DNA of 64,000 nt from a virus (taxonomy: Duplodnaviria > Heunggongvirae > Uroviricota > Caudoviricetes): positions 15,651-79,650 of IMG/VR virus record IMGVR_UViG_2563366977_000001. One strand, written 5' to 3'. The notes below the pieces were generated by a model. That model had not been told where the DNA came from. It worked only from the letters and a program-made list of their open reading frames with translations, and did not search any database. Both the position numbers and the translations under genes were made by a program. Shown here piece after piece: positions 38,472 through 47,556 of the stretch (position 1 is its first letter; every line of letters begins with the position of its first letter).

Positions 38472-39269
38472 TTAGGCGTCAGCATCAGCATCCTCTGCTT
38501 CCACATCTGCCGCGACTTCATCGGACTGTTCTTCTTTGGCCTGTTCTGCAATCGCCGCACGGCATTTCGCCCTGGCTGTAGCGATGGCCTCAACTTTCAC
38601 GTCATTAGGAATACTTGAGGTGACATACATATCCAGTTCTTCAGCACGGAATACTGTTTTGTCCAGGAATTCATCAAGCATCCAGGTTAAGGAAAAGTCG
38701 CAGGAAATCAGCTCTACTTCGCCTTCCGCGCCGTTTGGGAAATGGATAAACATCTGCTTGCCCAGGCCAAGCACGCGACAAGCAGCCATCATTACTGCAA
38801 GTTCCAGGTCTTTGTTTTCACCTGCTACTGGTTGATCCACACCAGTAATAGTGCCGTTCAAATGGATATTATATGGCTGATATTTAGAGATGCGTTCTAC
38901 ACGCCATGTGCCGGTTAAGGTTCCCTGGCGGAAGATTATTGGCGTGACCGAAAGCGACAGCTCTCGAATGAGTTGTTGCGCTATGGCTGGGTCATACAGG
39001 GGATCTAACGCGATGCATCCATAAGATTGCGCCAGTTCAAACAATTCTTCCTGTGTGCACTGAATGCCTCTTGCCGTAATAAAACGTCTGACTCCCGTTT
39101 TCCCATCACGCCAGATAGCAATGCCATTCTCACTATCTAACTCTTCGTCTAAGCCCAGGTATGTAAGGATGGTTCGCTCAATGGTAGCAAAGGGCAGGGA
39201 CATATCATCGTTTACATCCACCAGCAGGCCATTACGCAGGCGATATTGAATGTTTTTGGTATTTTCCAC
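38472..39269 (-). CDS. Hypothetical protein with acidic C-terminal tail
   Basis: 265-aa ORF ending in a D/E/A-rich tail. Confidence 0.4.
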   Translation of the reverse strand: MENTKNIQYRLRNGLLVDVNDDMSLPFATIERTILTYLGLDEELDSENGIAIWRDGKTGVRRFITARGIQCTQEELFELAQSYGCIALDPLYDPAIAQQLIRELSLSVTPIIFRQGTLTGTWRVERISKYQPYNIHLNGTITGVDQPVAGENKDLELAVMMAACRVLGLGKQMFIHFPNGAEGEVELISCDFSLTWMLDEFLDKTVFRAEELDMYVTSSIPNDVKVEAIATARAKCRAAIAEQAKEEQSDEVAADVEAEDADADA

Positions 39270-39275
39270 GTTAAA

Positions 39276-39911
39276 TCACTCCACAACAAACCAGTCACAG
39301 GCCAGTAAATCATCCACAGACGGCAACCAAACGCTGTCCATATTTTGTGCATCTTTCAATACAAAATGGTCACCATAAGGAACGTGAATGCCGTGTAAAT
39401 TGACGCTTCCAGCGAGAACTAACCAGCAGAATTGCTTTTCGCCTTTCCACTCGCGTCGGGCAACTTTCTTGCCTTCCTTCAACCACATTAGCGCGTCAGA
39501 GAAGTCGGCTGCTTCAAGGTCGATTTCTTCTTGTGTGGTAATGATGCCACCGGCAGCAATAGTTACGTCCCTGGCTGTAATGAATGTCACCCCATTGTGA
39601 CCTTCAATGCTGAGCGATACCCCATTTTCGGAGGCGTCGTTAACCCGGCTATAGCATTTTTCAAATGCTTTCTCTGGCACATAGACCAGATAGCCATTTT
39701 CAGCAGTGACGAGATATCCTCCTATTTGCGGTCGGAATTTTTCCAAGAACACACCATCAACACGAAGCGTCATTCCTTTTGGCTCAACGACTTCGATACT
39801 GCCAAAAATGGGCGCATAAGCTTCGCCGACAATAACAATATCTTTGATTTTCGATGCCCGAATGATGCTGTGGCATTTGTATTTGGGGAACACCTGAAAA
39901 GTGCTGACCAT
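39276..39911 (-). CDS. DUF2829 (Tad2-like) domain protein with 135-aa N-terminal extension
   Basis: C-terminal ALMWLKEGKKVARREWKGEK ... VWLPSVDDLLACDWFVVE matches DUF2829 signature. Confidence 0.55.
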   Translation of the reverse strand: MVSTFQVFPKYKCHSIIRASKIKDIVIVGEAYAPIFGSIEVVEPKGMTLRVDGVFLEKFRPQIGGYLVTAENGYLVYVPEKAFEKCYSRVNDASENGVSLSIEGHNGVTFITARDVTIAAGGIITTQEEIDLEAADFSDALMWLKEGKKVARREWKGEKQFCWLVLAGSVNLHGIHVPYGDHFVLKDAQNMDSVWLPSVDDLLACDWFVVE

Positions 39912-39925
39912 AATCCTTCCTCTAC

Positions 39926-40420
39926 TTAAAACTTTGCGTACTGAAGCGGTGTACGCTTGATTTCAACGCGGTCTTCCGATGTGCTACCAAAGCCACCAGC
40001 GCCTCGCTCTGTTTCATCGAGTTCATCAACTTCTACCAGCGATACCGGTTCAACACGCTCAAAAATGCCTTGCATGACCGCCATTCCTGGCTTGAGGCAA
40101 ACGCCTTCACCACCGGGATCTGTAATCAGTTTTGCCATGATTTCACCGCGATAATCGGAGTCGATAATTCCTACGCAGTTAGCCAGGCGCGTATGCTTTT
40201 TGCAGCCCAATCCGGAACGAGGATAAAGTTTCAGACACCAGCCAGGAGGGATCGCCATAGCGAGGCCGGTATGCACCCACCAGCTTGAGGAAATAGCGCC
40301 GTTGCTATCGATACCCGGCGTTATTTCAACAGCAACAAAATCCATCGCCGCCGATCCGGCGGTGGCGTAAACGGGGAGTTTTGCCGCCGGATGAAGGCGT
40401 TTCACTTTCACGTTAATCAT
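39926..40420 (-). CDS. dut: dUTP diphosphatase (trimeric dUTPase)
   Basis: Motifs AGSAAMD, PRSGLG, GIIDSDYRGE and C-terminal RGAGGFGSTS. Confidence 0.8.
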   Translation of the reverse strand: MINVKVKRLHPAAKLPVYATAGSAAMDFVAVEITPGIDSNGAISSSWWVHTGLAMAIPPGWCLKLYPRSGLGCKKHTRLANCVGIIDSDYRGEIMAKLITDPGGEGVCLKPGMAVMQGIFERVEPVSLVEVDELDETERGAGGFGSTSEDRVEIKRTPLQYAKF

Positions 40421-40905
40421 TGCTTTTTAGCTCTCCGGGTAAATGTATAAATCCGGCGTTTGATATGCGGAGCGGTCGGAACGGAGACGCAGGTATTCTC
40501 GATAACACCTTGTTCCTCCAGCGATCGCACAGCACGCAAGAACTGTGATGCATCACCACCGCCAGACAGCCAGAATTTGCGGGCATAGACGCTGCCATTA
40601 CGGATAATTTCTGCGATCACCCGCGCTTGCGTCTGGCTTTCTCGATAGCCAAAGAGTTCTCTTGCCTCTCCTTGTGGGATAGCCAACTGATAGCCTTTCC
40701 CGCTACGGTGACGAACAAAACCGTGAGCAATGAGGTTCTTCAGCTCATTTCTGGTGCGGATACACCCGTACTCAGGGAACTGTGTGTTGATATCACCAGG
40801 CTTATGCCATTCATCAGGACTATCAGCCAGGAGGGACAGAAGTTTCCCTGACAGCTCAGGATTAGTGGTTGGATAACAGTTCAGGGATGGGTAGTAAGTT
40901 TTCAT
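40417..40905 (-). CDS. Hypothetical protein
   Basis: 162-aa ORF overlapping dut start by 4 nt. Confidence 0.4.
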   Translation of the reverse strand: MKTYYPSLNCYPTTNPELSGKLLSLLADSPDEWHKPGDINTQFPEYGCIRTRNELKNLIAHGFVRHRSGKGYQLAIPQGEARELFGYRESQTQARVIAEIIRNGSVYARKFWLSGGGDASQFLRAVRSLEEQGVIENTCVSVPTAPHIKRRIYTFTRRAKKQ

Positions 40906-41246
40906 TTGCGCCCCCTTGCCGGATAGCGCCCGGCATTCGCATCAGGGGCAATGAAGCCGCTGGTGGGGCGAGTGAAAACATGGTTAATTTTCTCGGTCAT
41001 AGCGCGATAATTTTCCTGATAGTGGGCCAGGAGTTTTTCAGCAGCAATGACGGTTACTTTCCGGACGTAGCGTTCAGCTTCCTCCAGATTTCGCCAGTTT
41101 TTTTCGAGGGTAAATACGGGAACGGCATCAAGTCCGGTCATAACACCGAACACCACGACCGCCTGGTCGCGCTTAACGCCCGCAGTGAAGGTTATGGTGT
41201 AACCGTCAACAGTGAAGCGTTTTGATTCCGTAATACGATTGTGCAA
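40902..41246 (-). CDS. Hypothetical protein downstream of recombinase (P1 cra position)
   Basis: 114-aa ORF; listed start is TTG inside a hairpin, true start uncertain. Confidence 0.3.
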   Translation of the reverse strand: MHNRITESKRFTVDGYTITFTAGVKRDQAVVVFGVMTGLDAVPVFTLEKNWRNLEEAERYVRKVTVIAAEKLLAHYQENYRAMTEKINHVFTRPTSGFIAPDANAGRYPARGRK

Positions 41247-41303
41247 AGTACCCTCCGCAATAGGCGAGGGTACTTTACATTAAAATGCACTGTCTAAAAA
41301 GAT

Positions 41304-41317
41304 TGTTAGAAAATTAA
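41304..41317 (-). promoter_or_regulatory. Operator-like motif TGTTAGAAAATTAA just after recombinase stop
   Basis: Recurrent motif instance. Confidence 0.4.
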
Positions 41318-41318
41318 T

Positions 41319-42347
41319 TTATGAATCCATCAGGCGACTATTTGCACCAACGGATGCCCCGCTACGGCGCAAATATCGCATAAGTGTTTCGGGCTTTTTC
41401 CATGTGCCTTCCTGCATGATCTCGACCATTGACACCTGTTTCTCAGCCATATCAATTGCCGCACCAACACGCGCACTATGGCCTGTCCACGTCCGGTATC
41501 TTCCCTTGTTCGGCGTGGCATCTCGTTTGTTCAGCAACCCCCAGGCATCGCTGAATATTTTCTCCATTGCAGGTGCAGTAAGGGGCGTTGTCGTGATTCT
41601 GGCCTTATTACTGCGGTGTATTGGCGGGAATAGCACCGCGTCCGGATGTTCTCGAAGTCCGGACACCTCCAGCCAGTCGTTCAGTACGGCGGTAGTGTAA
41701 CGAGAAAGCACCTTATCAAGTCCGGCGGCGGTCGTGATGGTCTTCGTGTGTGAAATATGCAGCGTTACAGTGTCACCTGTTTGGTCCAGATCTCCGACGC
41801 GGATGCGCGAGATTTCTGACATACGCATCAGGGTATTGTATGCCACGAAGAGAAACGCCCGATTGCGCAGGTCCACCAGCCGCTCGGAACGGGAAAGCAA
41901 CACGTCGAGCAATTTCAGATCATCCCACCGCAACGGTATAGCCTGGCCTGTTCGCTCACCTTTTTCCGTTGCCGCTTCGCGCCGGATGCGCCGCATGGCC
42001 AGAGACACACTTTTATCGTCCGACAGCGGCGGGAGGCCACATTGCGAAAGCAGCATGTTAAGCATGGCATAGTGCTTATCAATGGTGGTCGAGGCCAGAT
42101 CGGCCTCATGCAACTGGAGAAGATACTCGCGGGCCATTTCCGGCGTAATCGGGAACCAGGGGTGCTGGCGCGAATTACACCACCGCGCCCAGGAATGAAA
42201 CACCAGACGGAGATCTCGAAGCGTATTTGGGGCATAAGCTCCCTGGTCGTTCATGAACTGCATAAAGTTTTTTGCAGCTTCCTGGTATTCGGTGCCTATA
42301 TCGCGCAGAAAACCACCAGAACCGCCGGAGATAACTAGTTCACCCAT
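41319..42347 (-). CDS. cre: Cre-family tyrosine site-specific recombinase (Dre-like)
   Basis: 342 aa; colinear with P1 Cre (SWARWC, LNML, RN.AFL..AYNTL, TKT, GHSARVGAA, C-terminal Tyr in RYLRR). Confidence 0.9.
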   Translation of the reverse strand: MGELVISGGSGGFLRDIGTEYQEAAKNFMQFMNDQGAYAPNTLRDLRLVFHSWARWCNSRQHPWFPITPEMAREYLLQLHEADLASTTIDKHYAMLNMLLSQCGLPPLSDDKSVSLAMRRIRREAATEKGERTGQAIPLRWDDLKLLDVLLSRSERLVDLRNRAFLFVAYNTLMRMSEISRIRVGDLDQTGDTVTLHISHTKTITTAAGLDKVLSRYTTAVLNDWLEVSGLREHPDAVLFPPIHRSNKARITTTPLTAPAMEKIFSDAWGLLNKRDATPNKGRYRTWTGHSARVGAAIDMAEKQVSMVEIMQEGTWKKPETLMRYLRRSGASVGANSRLMDS

Positions 42348-42499
42348 GAAACTATTAAACCTCTATATACAGATAACGCTACGTGAAAAATAGAAAACTG
42401 ACAGGGTAGTTATAAGTTAATTTTCAAAATTCAAGCCTTTGATTCGAGGCATGATTTTTCATCCTTGTCAATACTACCTGTTTACTGGAGATTATAGCC

Positions 42500-42531
42500 T
42501 AACTTTAAATAATGCCAATTATTTAAAGTTA
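42500..42531. other. lox-type recombination site (rox-like)
   Basis: TAACTTTAAATAATGCCAATTATTTAAAGTTA perfect palindrome; readable as 13-8-13 (arm CTAACTTTAAATA vs loxP ATAACTTCGTATA, 9/13); 150 bp upstream of recombinase. Confidence 0.8.
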
Positions 42532-42612
42532 GAAATCAGGACTTTTTTCCCAAAAAAAACACCGACCAGATCACTTCGCAAATCCGTCAGCCATGCGGTA
42601 GCTGTTCCTGGT

Positions 42613-42714
42613 TACATTTTCTAATAGGAACAATCAAAAAAAAGCGGTTTTATCCTTTACTCACCTTGTTATTCAGCATAAATTTGTCACAGGACTTTTA
42701 TGTTAGAAAACTAA
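42613..42714 (+). promoter_or_regulatory. Two operator-like motifs (ATTTTCTAATA at about 42616, TGTTAGAAAAC at about 42701) upstream of ORF 42729
   Basis: Recurrent motif in both orientations in the leader of the gene at the c1 position. Confidence 0.45.
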
Positions 42715-42728
42715 ATCGAGTAGGAATA

Positions 42729-43766
42729 ATGAGTAAGAAGTCGATCGAGAATGAGTACAAACGGTTCCTGCAAACCGCTGAACGGTGGAAAGAGCTGGTG
42801 GTCGCAAACTCTGTTTTCCATGATACCAGTTATGTTGGCGAGGAATTTCGCCATGTTGCATTAACACATGATCCGGCTGTATTAGAAGAAGCTGAAAAAT
42901 GCATAGCCGAATGGAAAGCCTTTGTTGATCTGTGTCGCAAGGATGATGACAAAGCCTCAAACATTGTTGAGTCGGTTTATTTACCGATCCCATTCATTGT
43001 TGAGGATACTAATCAGAGTACGCATATCGTTATGCAAAGCGCAACCACAACGAGAACATTTACGCGCGAAGACCTGCTGAAAAAATACGATAAAACTATA
43101 AAGAAAAGCATGAAAAACAGGATATTTTCACAGGTTGTCGGTGCGCTTGAAGAAGAACGCAGATTCTTCGCCGCTGAACGTGAGGGCGAGGTATACCGCG
43201 CAAGAAAAGAAGGTTATACCGATGTGGTGATTACCACCAATATCGAGGGCAACAATGGACTTTCACGCTTCCGAGTGGGTGCGCACGGTGCGCTGATCTT
43301 TGCAAGAAAAGCAAACACAGAGATTCCCGTTGTTAACAACGTTGGTGAGCGCCGTACCCTTACCATTTACACTGGCATTAAACCGCTTCCGTGCGGACTT
43401 CTCGGCGAATTTGACCTTTATCGGGTTCGTGATCTGGAAAAGCAGCAGCCAAGCTATGTCGTGAAGTCATATATCCTGAGAAACATTGATATCCGCAATC
43501 AGAGTTTAAAAAACAAATCAGATAAAATGCTGGCCGAAGCCGATCCAGCCATACACCAGATCGTTAGCCGGAAAATTCAAGAGGCTAAAGATGCAATGGC
43601 AAGGCTGGATAAAATGGACCTGGAACTACTGGAAGTTATGATTGCCTCCGGCGATGACCTGACAGGCATCCGCCTTACTGAAGCCAGGAAAAAATACGGT
43701 AAAAGCGTTGAAGAACGCTATGGGTACACATTCACACAAACGATGTACGCGGCAAAACTCTGGTAA
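42729..43766 (+). CDS. Hypothetical protein at the position P1 uses for c1 repressor
   Basis: Trimmed to ATG 42729 (AGGAA RBS); no similarity to P1 C1 that I can recognise. Confidence 0.4.
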   Translation: MSKKSIENEYKRFLQTAERWKELVVANSVFHDTSYVGEEFRHVALTHDPAVLEEAEKCIAEWKAFVDLCRKDDDKASNIVESVYLPIPFIVEDTNQSTHIVMQSATTTRTFTREDLLKKYDKTIKKSMKNRIFSQVVGALEEERRFFAAEREGEVYRARKEGYTDVVITTNIEGNNGLSRFRVGAHGALIFARKANTEIPVVNNVGERRTLTIYTGIKPLPCGLLGEFDLYRVRDLEKQQPSYVVKSYILRNIDIRNQSLKNKSDKMLAEADPAIHQIVSRKIQEAKDAMARLDKMDLELLEVMIASGDDLTGIRLTEARKKYGKSVEERYGYTFTQTMYAAKLW

Positions 43767-43781
43767 TCGCAAACCACCCAC

Positions 43782-43805
43782 AAGCCCCGAATCGCCGGGG
43801 CTTTT
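43782..43805. terminator. Bidirectional hairpin (GCCCCGAATCGCCGGGGC) between convergent genes
   Basis: Stem-loop followed by TTTTAAAT. Confidence 0.5.
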
Positions 43806-45312
43806 AAATGTCAATATCAGGAATATCCACTTCTGCCAACACCTGATCGCGGAATGTTGCGAGTTCTGCGCCAATGTCTTCATTAGCAGGCACGTAATCC
43901 ACCAGCATAGTGAAGCAGTAGGTATCCCATCTGTCCGGCGACTTGATGTTTAACTTCTGCCGCATGTGCTCCTTGCGCATCATCGCTACCTTCCCTTCTT
44001 CGTTAAGCATATACGGGATTTTTGATGCCTGATCTGCGGTTTTGGGGTCACTATCGATACGCATACGCCCTGATTTAATGGCATCCCCTGCCATAATATT
44101 GGCGTAAGCACGCTGATTGACAAAGCGTTCTCTGTCTCTTAGCGCAAACATAGGCTTACCCCAACGGATGCGAACGGGATTAGCACCACGGCGGACAAGC
44201 TGCGCACACGTATCTGAACCAAAGCCATCAGCATCCACAGCAATGGTGATGTTCGGGTATTTATCAGGAGTGCATTCGTTATAGATAAAGTCGGCAAAAG
44301 CCAACGGGTCCATAGTGCCTGGCATCTCCAGTATCTTAAAGTTCACAACGCGTCGTTTCTCACGATAACCGGATACTTTGCATATATTGAGCACCGATTT
44401 GTCGCGACCATTACCGACGTCAGCGGTCGCTACCCAGCCCCAATCTTTCTCCAGCAACACTTTACGCCGTGCGGCGCGGTCGCACTCATCACGACCAAGC
44501 AAATACCCGTTAATTGCACGCGGGAACTGGCCCAGCACCTTAACCATGTACTCCAGCGAATCCCTGCCGCCGTACTCCAGCAATTTCTCACGAATAAAGC
44601 TCGGTTCAACGAATGGAGATTCTTCAGAGTTAAGGACTATTGCCGTCCAGACTCCTTCCGGATTGCCTTCTGCCTTTGCCCTTGAATGGTGGGATTCATA
44701 AAAGTAACCGCTTGGACGCGTAGGCTGGGAAAGCATGAGCATACGGTTATCTTTCTGCGTTAACGCCCCCGTCATGACGTTAATCGCCTTATCGGATATG
44801 CCCGATGCTTCATCAAGGATTAGCAGTAAATGCTCCGCGTGCTCCCCCGCCAGTGCCTCTTCGTTACCGAGTCGATAACCTTTACAGAGCACTTCCCATA
44901 TCCCTTTACGGGAACGCTCATAAAACATGGTGTCAGACAGGACAAAATAGGTCTGTAACCAGCCGTGGCGCTTAACAGCATTCGCCCAAAACTGTTTCAC
45001 GTATTTGAATACGCCTGTTTTTACCTGGCCTATTTTGTTCGCAACAATAATGACGCGGGCGTCGGGGAACAGGATCATAAAAATTAGTAGCAACATCGCG
45101 GTAAGGGATGACTTACCCGTTCCGTGTCCGGACGTAACGGTCGTCCTGCTCCCCGTCTCCTGCACTGACTGAATGATCTGCTGCTGCTGATGGGAGGGGA
45201 ACATCCCAAAAATATCGACAACCGCCTGGGTAAAGTTGTATCGATACCTGATAACCATATCGCGCCAACGTGGATCACTGGTGACGCACTTAATCTTACG
45301 ACCACCAGCCAT
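43804..45312 (-). CDS. pacB: Terminase large subunit PacB
   Basis: 502 aa; Walker A TSGHGTGKS; directly downstream of pacA with 1-nt overlap. Confidence 0.85.
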   Translation of the reverse strand: MAGGRKIKCVTSDPRWRDMVIRYRYNFTQAVVDIFGMFPSHQQQQIIQSVQETGSRTTVTSGHGTGKSSLTAMLLLIFMILFPDARVIIVANKIGQVKTGVFKYVKQFWANAVKRHGWLQTYFVLSDTMFYERSRKGIWEVLCKGYRLGNEEALAGEHAEHLLLILDEASGISDKAINVMTGALTQKDNRMLMLSQPTRPSGYFYESHHSRAKAEGNPEGVWTAIVLNSEESPFVEPSFIREKLLEYGGRDSLEYMVKVLGQFPRAINGYLLGRDECDRAARRKVLLEKDWGWVATADVGNGRDKSVLNICKVSGYREKRRVVNFKILEMPGTMDPLAFADFIYNECTPDKYPNITIAVDADGFGSDTCAQLVRRGANPVRIRWGKPMFALRDRERFVNQRAYANIMAGDAIKSGRMRIDSDPKTADQASKIPYMLNEEGKVAMMRKEHMRQKLNIKSPDRWDTYCFTMLVDYVPANEDIGAELATFRDQVLAEVDIPDIDI

Positions 45313-46676
45313 TAGTCATCCTCCGGCTGGTCTATCACAATCTCGTCATCTACAGCATCAAAACCGGTATCCCCCGCGTCATAATCACCGTAGATATCAG
45401 CCGTGGCGGAAGGGTCTATATTCAGGTCTTCATCATTGGCCTCAAATTCACCGGCTTTACGTTCTCCGTTCCGGTCGTAATCCCCCATCCCAAGCCTATC
45501 AACGATTTTCGCTACTTCAGCCCGGCGTTGTGCAAGCCATTGTGGGAGTCCAGCTTGTTGCTCGGCAAACTGCTTCGCCTCTTTATCCAGTTGCTCATCA
45601 TCAACATCGTTAACGTCAGAAACCGGAGGCTCCAGAAGTGAGATCGCTTTTGCCGCTCGTGCCGCCAGGATAGCTGGGACACTGACGCCCTGCCGCTCGA
45701 TATATTCAGCTACGCCTATATCGTCCAGCTCCTCGCGCTCACGCATACGTATAGCGGCGGCGATAACCCTGGCGGCGCGTGCGTCAGCGCCAATGCGATA
45801 CTCAATCTCCTTGCCACGCTGCTCGGCCTGCAGGCGGGCAATCGCCAGTTTTTCTCTGGCCTCAGCCTCCCTGAATGCCTGCTGACGCGCGCCCTGCGCA
45901 AGTTTTTCATCCCCCTGGCGTAGCTTCTGCTCGGTCTGGTAGATGGCTGCCAACCTACTGATAAAGTCATTCATGTAGTAGGCCGCATCGCTTATTAGGC
46001 CGAGAAGACGCTGCCCTGGGTGCATCCCCTCTGGCTGTGTATCGCCGAGGGCGTCAATCTCTTCCTGTAGTCGCTCCGCTTCCTGGTCAACGATGGCCTG
46101 ATACTGAATTGCTCGTTCCTGCGCCATCTGTATCGCAAGTCGTAAATGTTCAGTCGCGCCGTTCTTCATCATCTCACGGGCGACGTTGGTGGCAGGCAAA
46201 GTGGCGCTTTGAGCTGATGAGTCAGGGATCATTTGCAATGATCCCTTGTTTCGTTGGGCTTTTTCGCTGCTTTTAGGGATCATTTCTCCCATTTCATCAC
46301 AAAATGATCCCTTCACATCCTTGTGTATCCTGTTGTTATTACTTGGTTTTTCTTTGTGATCCGCATTTTGTTTTTGCGGCATGGCGCGGAACTGTCCACC
46401 AGCTAACGATTTGTCAGTTTTTGTAAATTCTGTGCTTTTATCAGCCTTTTTTTGCTCTTTTTTTGAGCCGGTGGCGCTGCTTTTTGCGCGCTGTTTTGTA
46501 CTTTTCCCGGCAGCCTTAGCTTTCGCCTTAACCTCATTTTTTTTCATATTGAGATGCTTTCTGGCGGTGTTAAAGCTGAGGTCATGCTGCTCGCAATATT
46601 CTTTTATGGTGATCCCGGTTTCTTCTCTTAACTCCAGGAACTTAGCTCGATGCGCCTCCCAGTTAATTAACGTCAT
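45312..46676 (-). CDS. pacA: Terminase small subunit PacA (contains pac site)
   Basis: 454 aa; N-terminal HTH-like segment, K-rich linker, acidic C-terminus; GATC-rich pac repeats inside 5' part. Confidence 0.7.
   Translation of the reverse strand: MTLINWEAHRAKFLELREETGITIKEYCEQHDLSFNTARKHLNMKKNEVKAKAKAAGKSTKQRAKSSATGSKKEQKKADKSTEFTKTDKSLAGGQFRAMPQKQNADHKEKPSNNNRIHKDVKGSFCDEMGEMIPKSSEKAQRNKGSLQMIPDSSAQSATLPATNVAREMMKNGATEHLRLAIQMAQERAIQYQAIVDQEAERLQEEIDALGDTQPEGMHPGQRLLGLISDAAYYMNDFISRLAAIYQTEQKLRQGDEKLAQGARQQAFREAEAREKLAIARLQAEQRGKEIEYRIGADARAARVIAAAIRMREREELDDIGVAEYIERQGVSVPAILAARAAKAISLLEPPVSDVNDVDDEQLDKEAKQFAEQQAGLPQWLAQRRAEVAKIVDRLGMGDYDRNGERKAGEFEANDEDLNIDPSATADIYGDYDAGDTGFDAVDDEIVIDQPEDD
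46225..46373. other. Candidate pac packaging site: clustered GATC-containing octamers
   Basis: GGGATCAT / ATGATCCC at about 46225, 46238, 46276, 46304 plus GTGATCCG at 46366, inside the pacA 5' region. Confidence 0.55.
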
Positions 46677-47065
46677 AGGGAAGCCTCACGTTTTTTCACA
46701 GCGGCGTTCCATAGCTGGTTAGTCATCGCCACCAACTGACGCTGCTCCTTTCGTAATTGAGCTTCTATCTTTCGGTTGGTGTTTTTCACCAACAGCCGAC
46801 CGAATTCAGGAGTGCGCCCGCGCACCTTGAACTGGTATCCATTCAGGCCATGTAACCAATATTTCCGGGGGTATACGCGGTCGTCTATTTCGCAAATGGC
46901 ACGACTGGAACGAACAAAAAAACGTATGATGTTATTTACGTTTACGCGCGACACATGAAGGTGAGGATATTGTGCTTTTGCACGGCTGGTGATTTCGGTG
47001 ACCGTCAGATAGCAGTCAGCCCTGATCATGATATCCGCTATTTCGGCGCTACTGATTTGCTCCAT
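46673..47065 (-). CDS. Putative late promoter activator (P1 lpa / gene 10 position)
   Basis: 130-aa ORF immediately upstream of pacA, overlapping its start; called by synteny only. Confidence 0.4.
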   Translation of the reverse strand: MEQISSAEIADIMIRADCYLTVTEITSRAKAQYPHLHVSRVNVNNIIRFFVRSSRAICEIDDRVYPRKYWLHGLNGYQFKVRGRTPEFGRLLVKNTNRKIEAQLRKEQRQLVAMTNQLWNAAVKKREASL

Positions 47066-47140
47066 TTATCCCCCGGATAGAAAAAGACCGAGGGGATGAT
47101 AATCAGCTTGTTAATACTGAGAAGACTGTCAAAAACATGA

Positions 47141-47172
47141 TGTATTAGAAAATTAATATTAATTTACTAACG
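47141..47172. promoter_or_regulatory. Operator pair TATTAGAAAATTAA / TTAATTTACTAACG upstream of lpa-position gene
   Basis: Inverted pair of recurrent motif about 75 bp before the start codon. Confidence 0.5.
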
Positions 47173-47556
47173 CTACCAGCGGGATAAACGAACAACATGC
47201 TTAACTTTTGCCTCCCACTTCCCTTTATGTTTGTTGATCACCGCCTGCGCCATCTTCAGACTGGCTTCAAAATCGGCTTTTCGACCACTATTGCCCACCA
47301 GCAACGCTCCGTCTATTTCGGGTAAGCATAAGTAATCCTGCTCGACGGTAAGCGGCATTGATGATGTAACCTGGCAGGCTTTCCATCTGAAGCGTATGCG
47401 CACACTCCTGACTGACATCACGACATAACCTGATATTGTGCTCTTGTGTCCGGCGTCTGTGCGTGTAGCCTTGCATGATGTTATCTTGCAGGTGATGATG
47501 TCCCAACCAATGTGCATCGCATCCTCAATGCGTAATTTAGTAGCCTCGTACATCAA
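47173..47556 (-). CDS. Hypothetical protein
   Basis: 127-aa ORF. Confidence 0.35.
   Translation of the reverse strand: MMYEATKLRIEDAMHIGWDIITCKITSCKATRTDAGHKSTISGYVVMSVRSVRIRFRWKACQVTSSMPLTVEQDYLCLPEIDGALLVGNSGRKADFEASLKMAQAVINKHKGKWEAKVKHVVRLSRW

Noticed and set aside
41243-41278. Hairpin AAAGTACCCTC-N10-GAGGGTACTTT downstream of the recombinase gene as a terminator
   Set aside because: It is followed by only three T residues on the transcribed strand and overlaps the predicted TTG start of the next ORF; it may instead be a translational control structure, so it is not listed as a terminator.
42439-42624. 61-aa ORF overlapping the lox-type site
   Set aside because: Spans the palindrome and operator motifs, has no RBS and shows AT-rich codon noise; more likely noncoding regulatory DNA.
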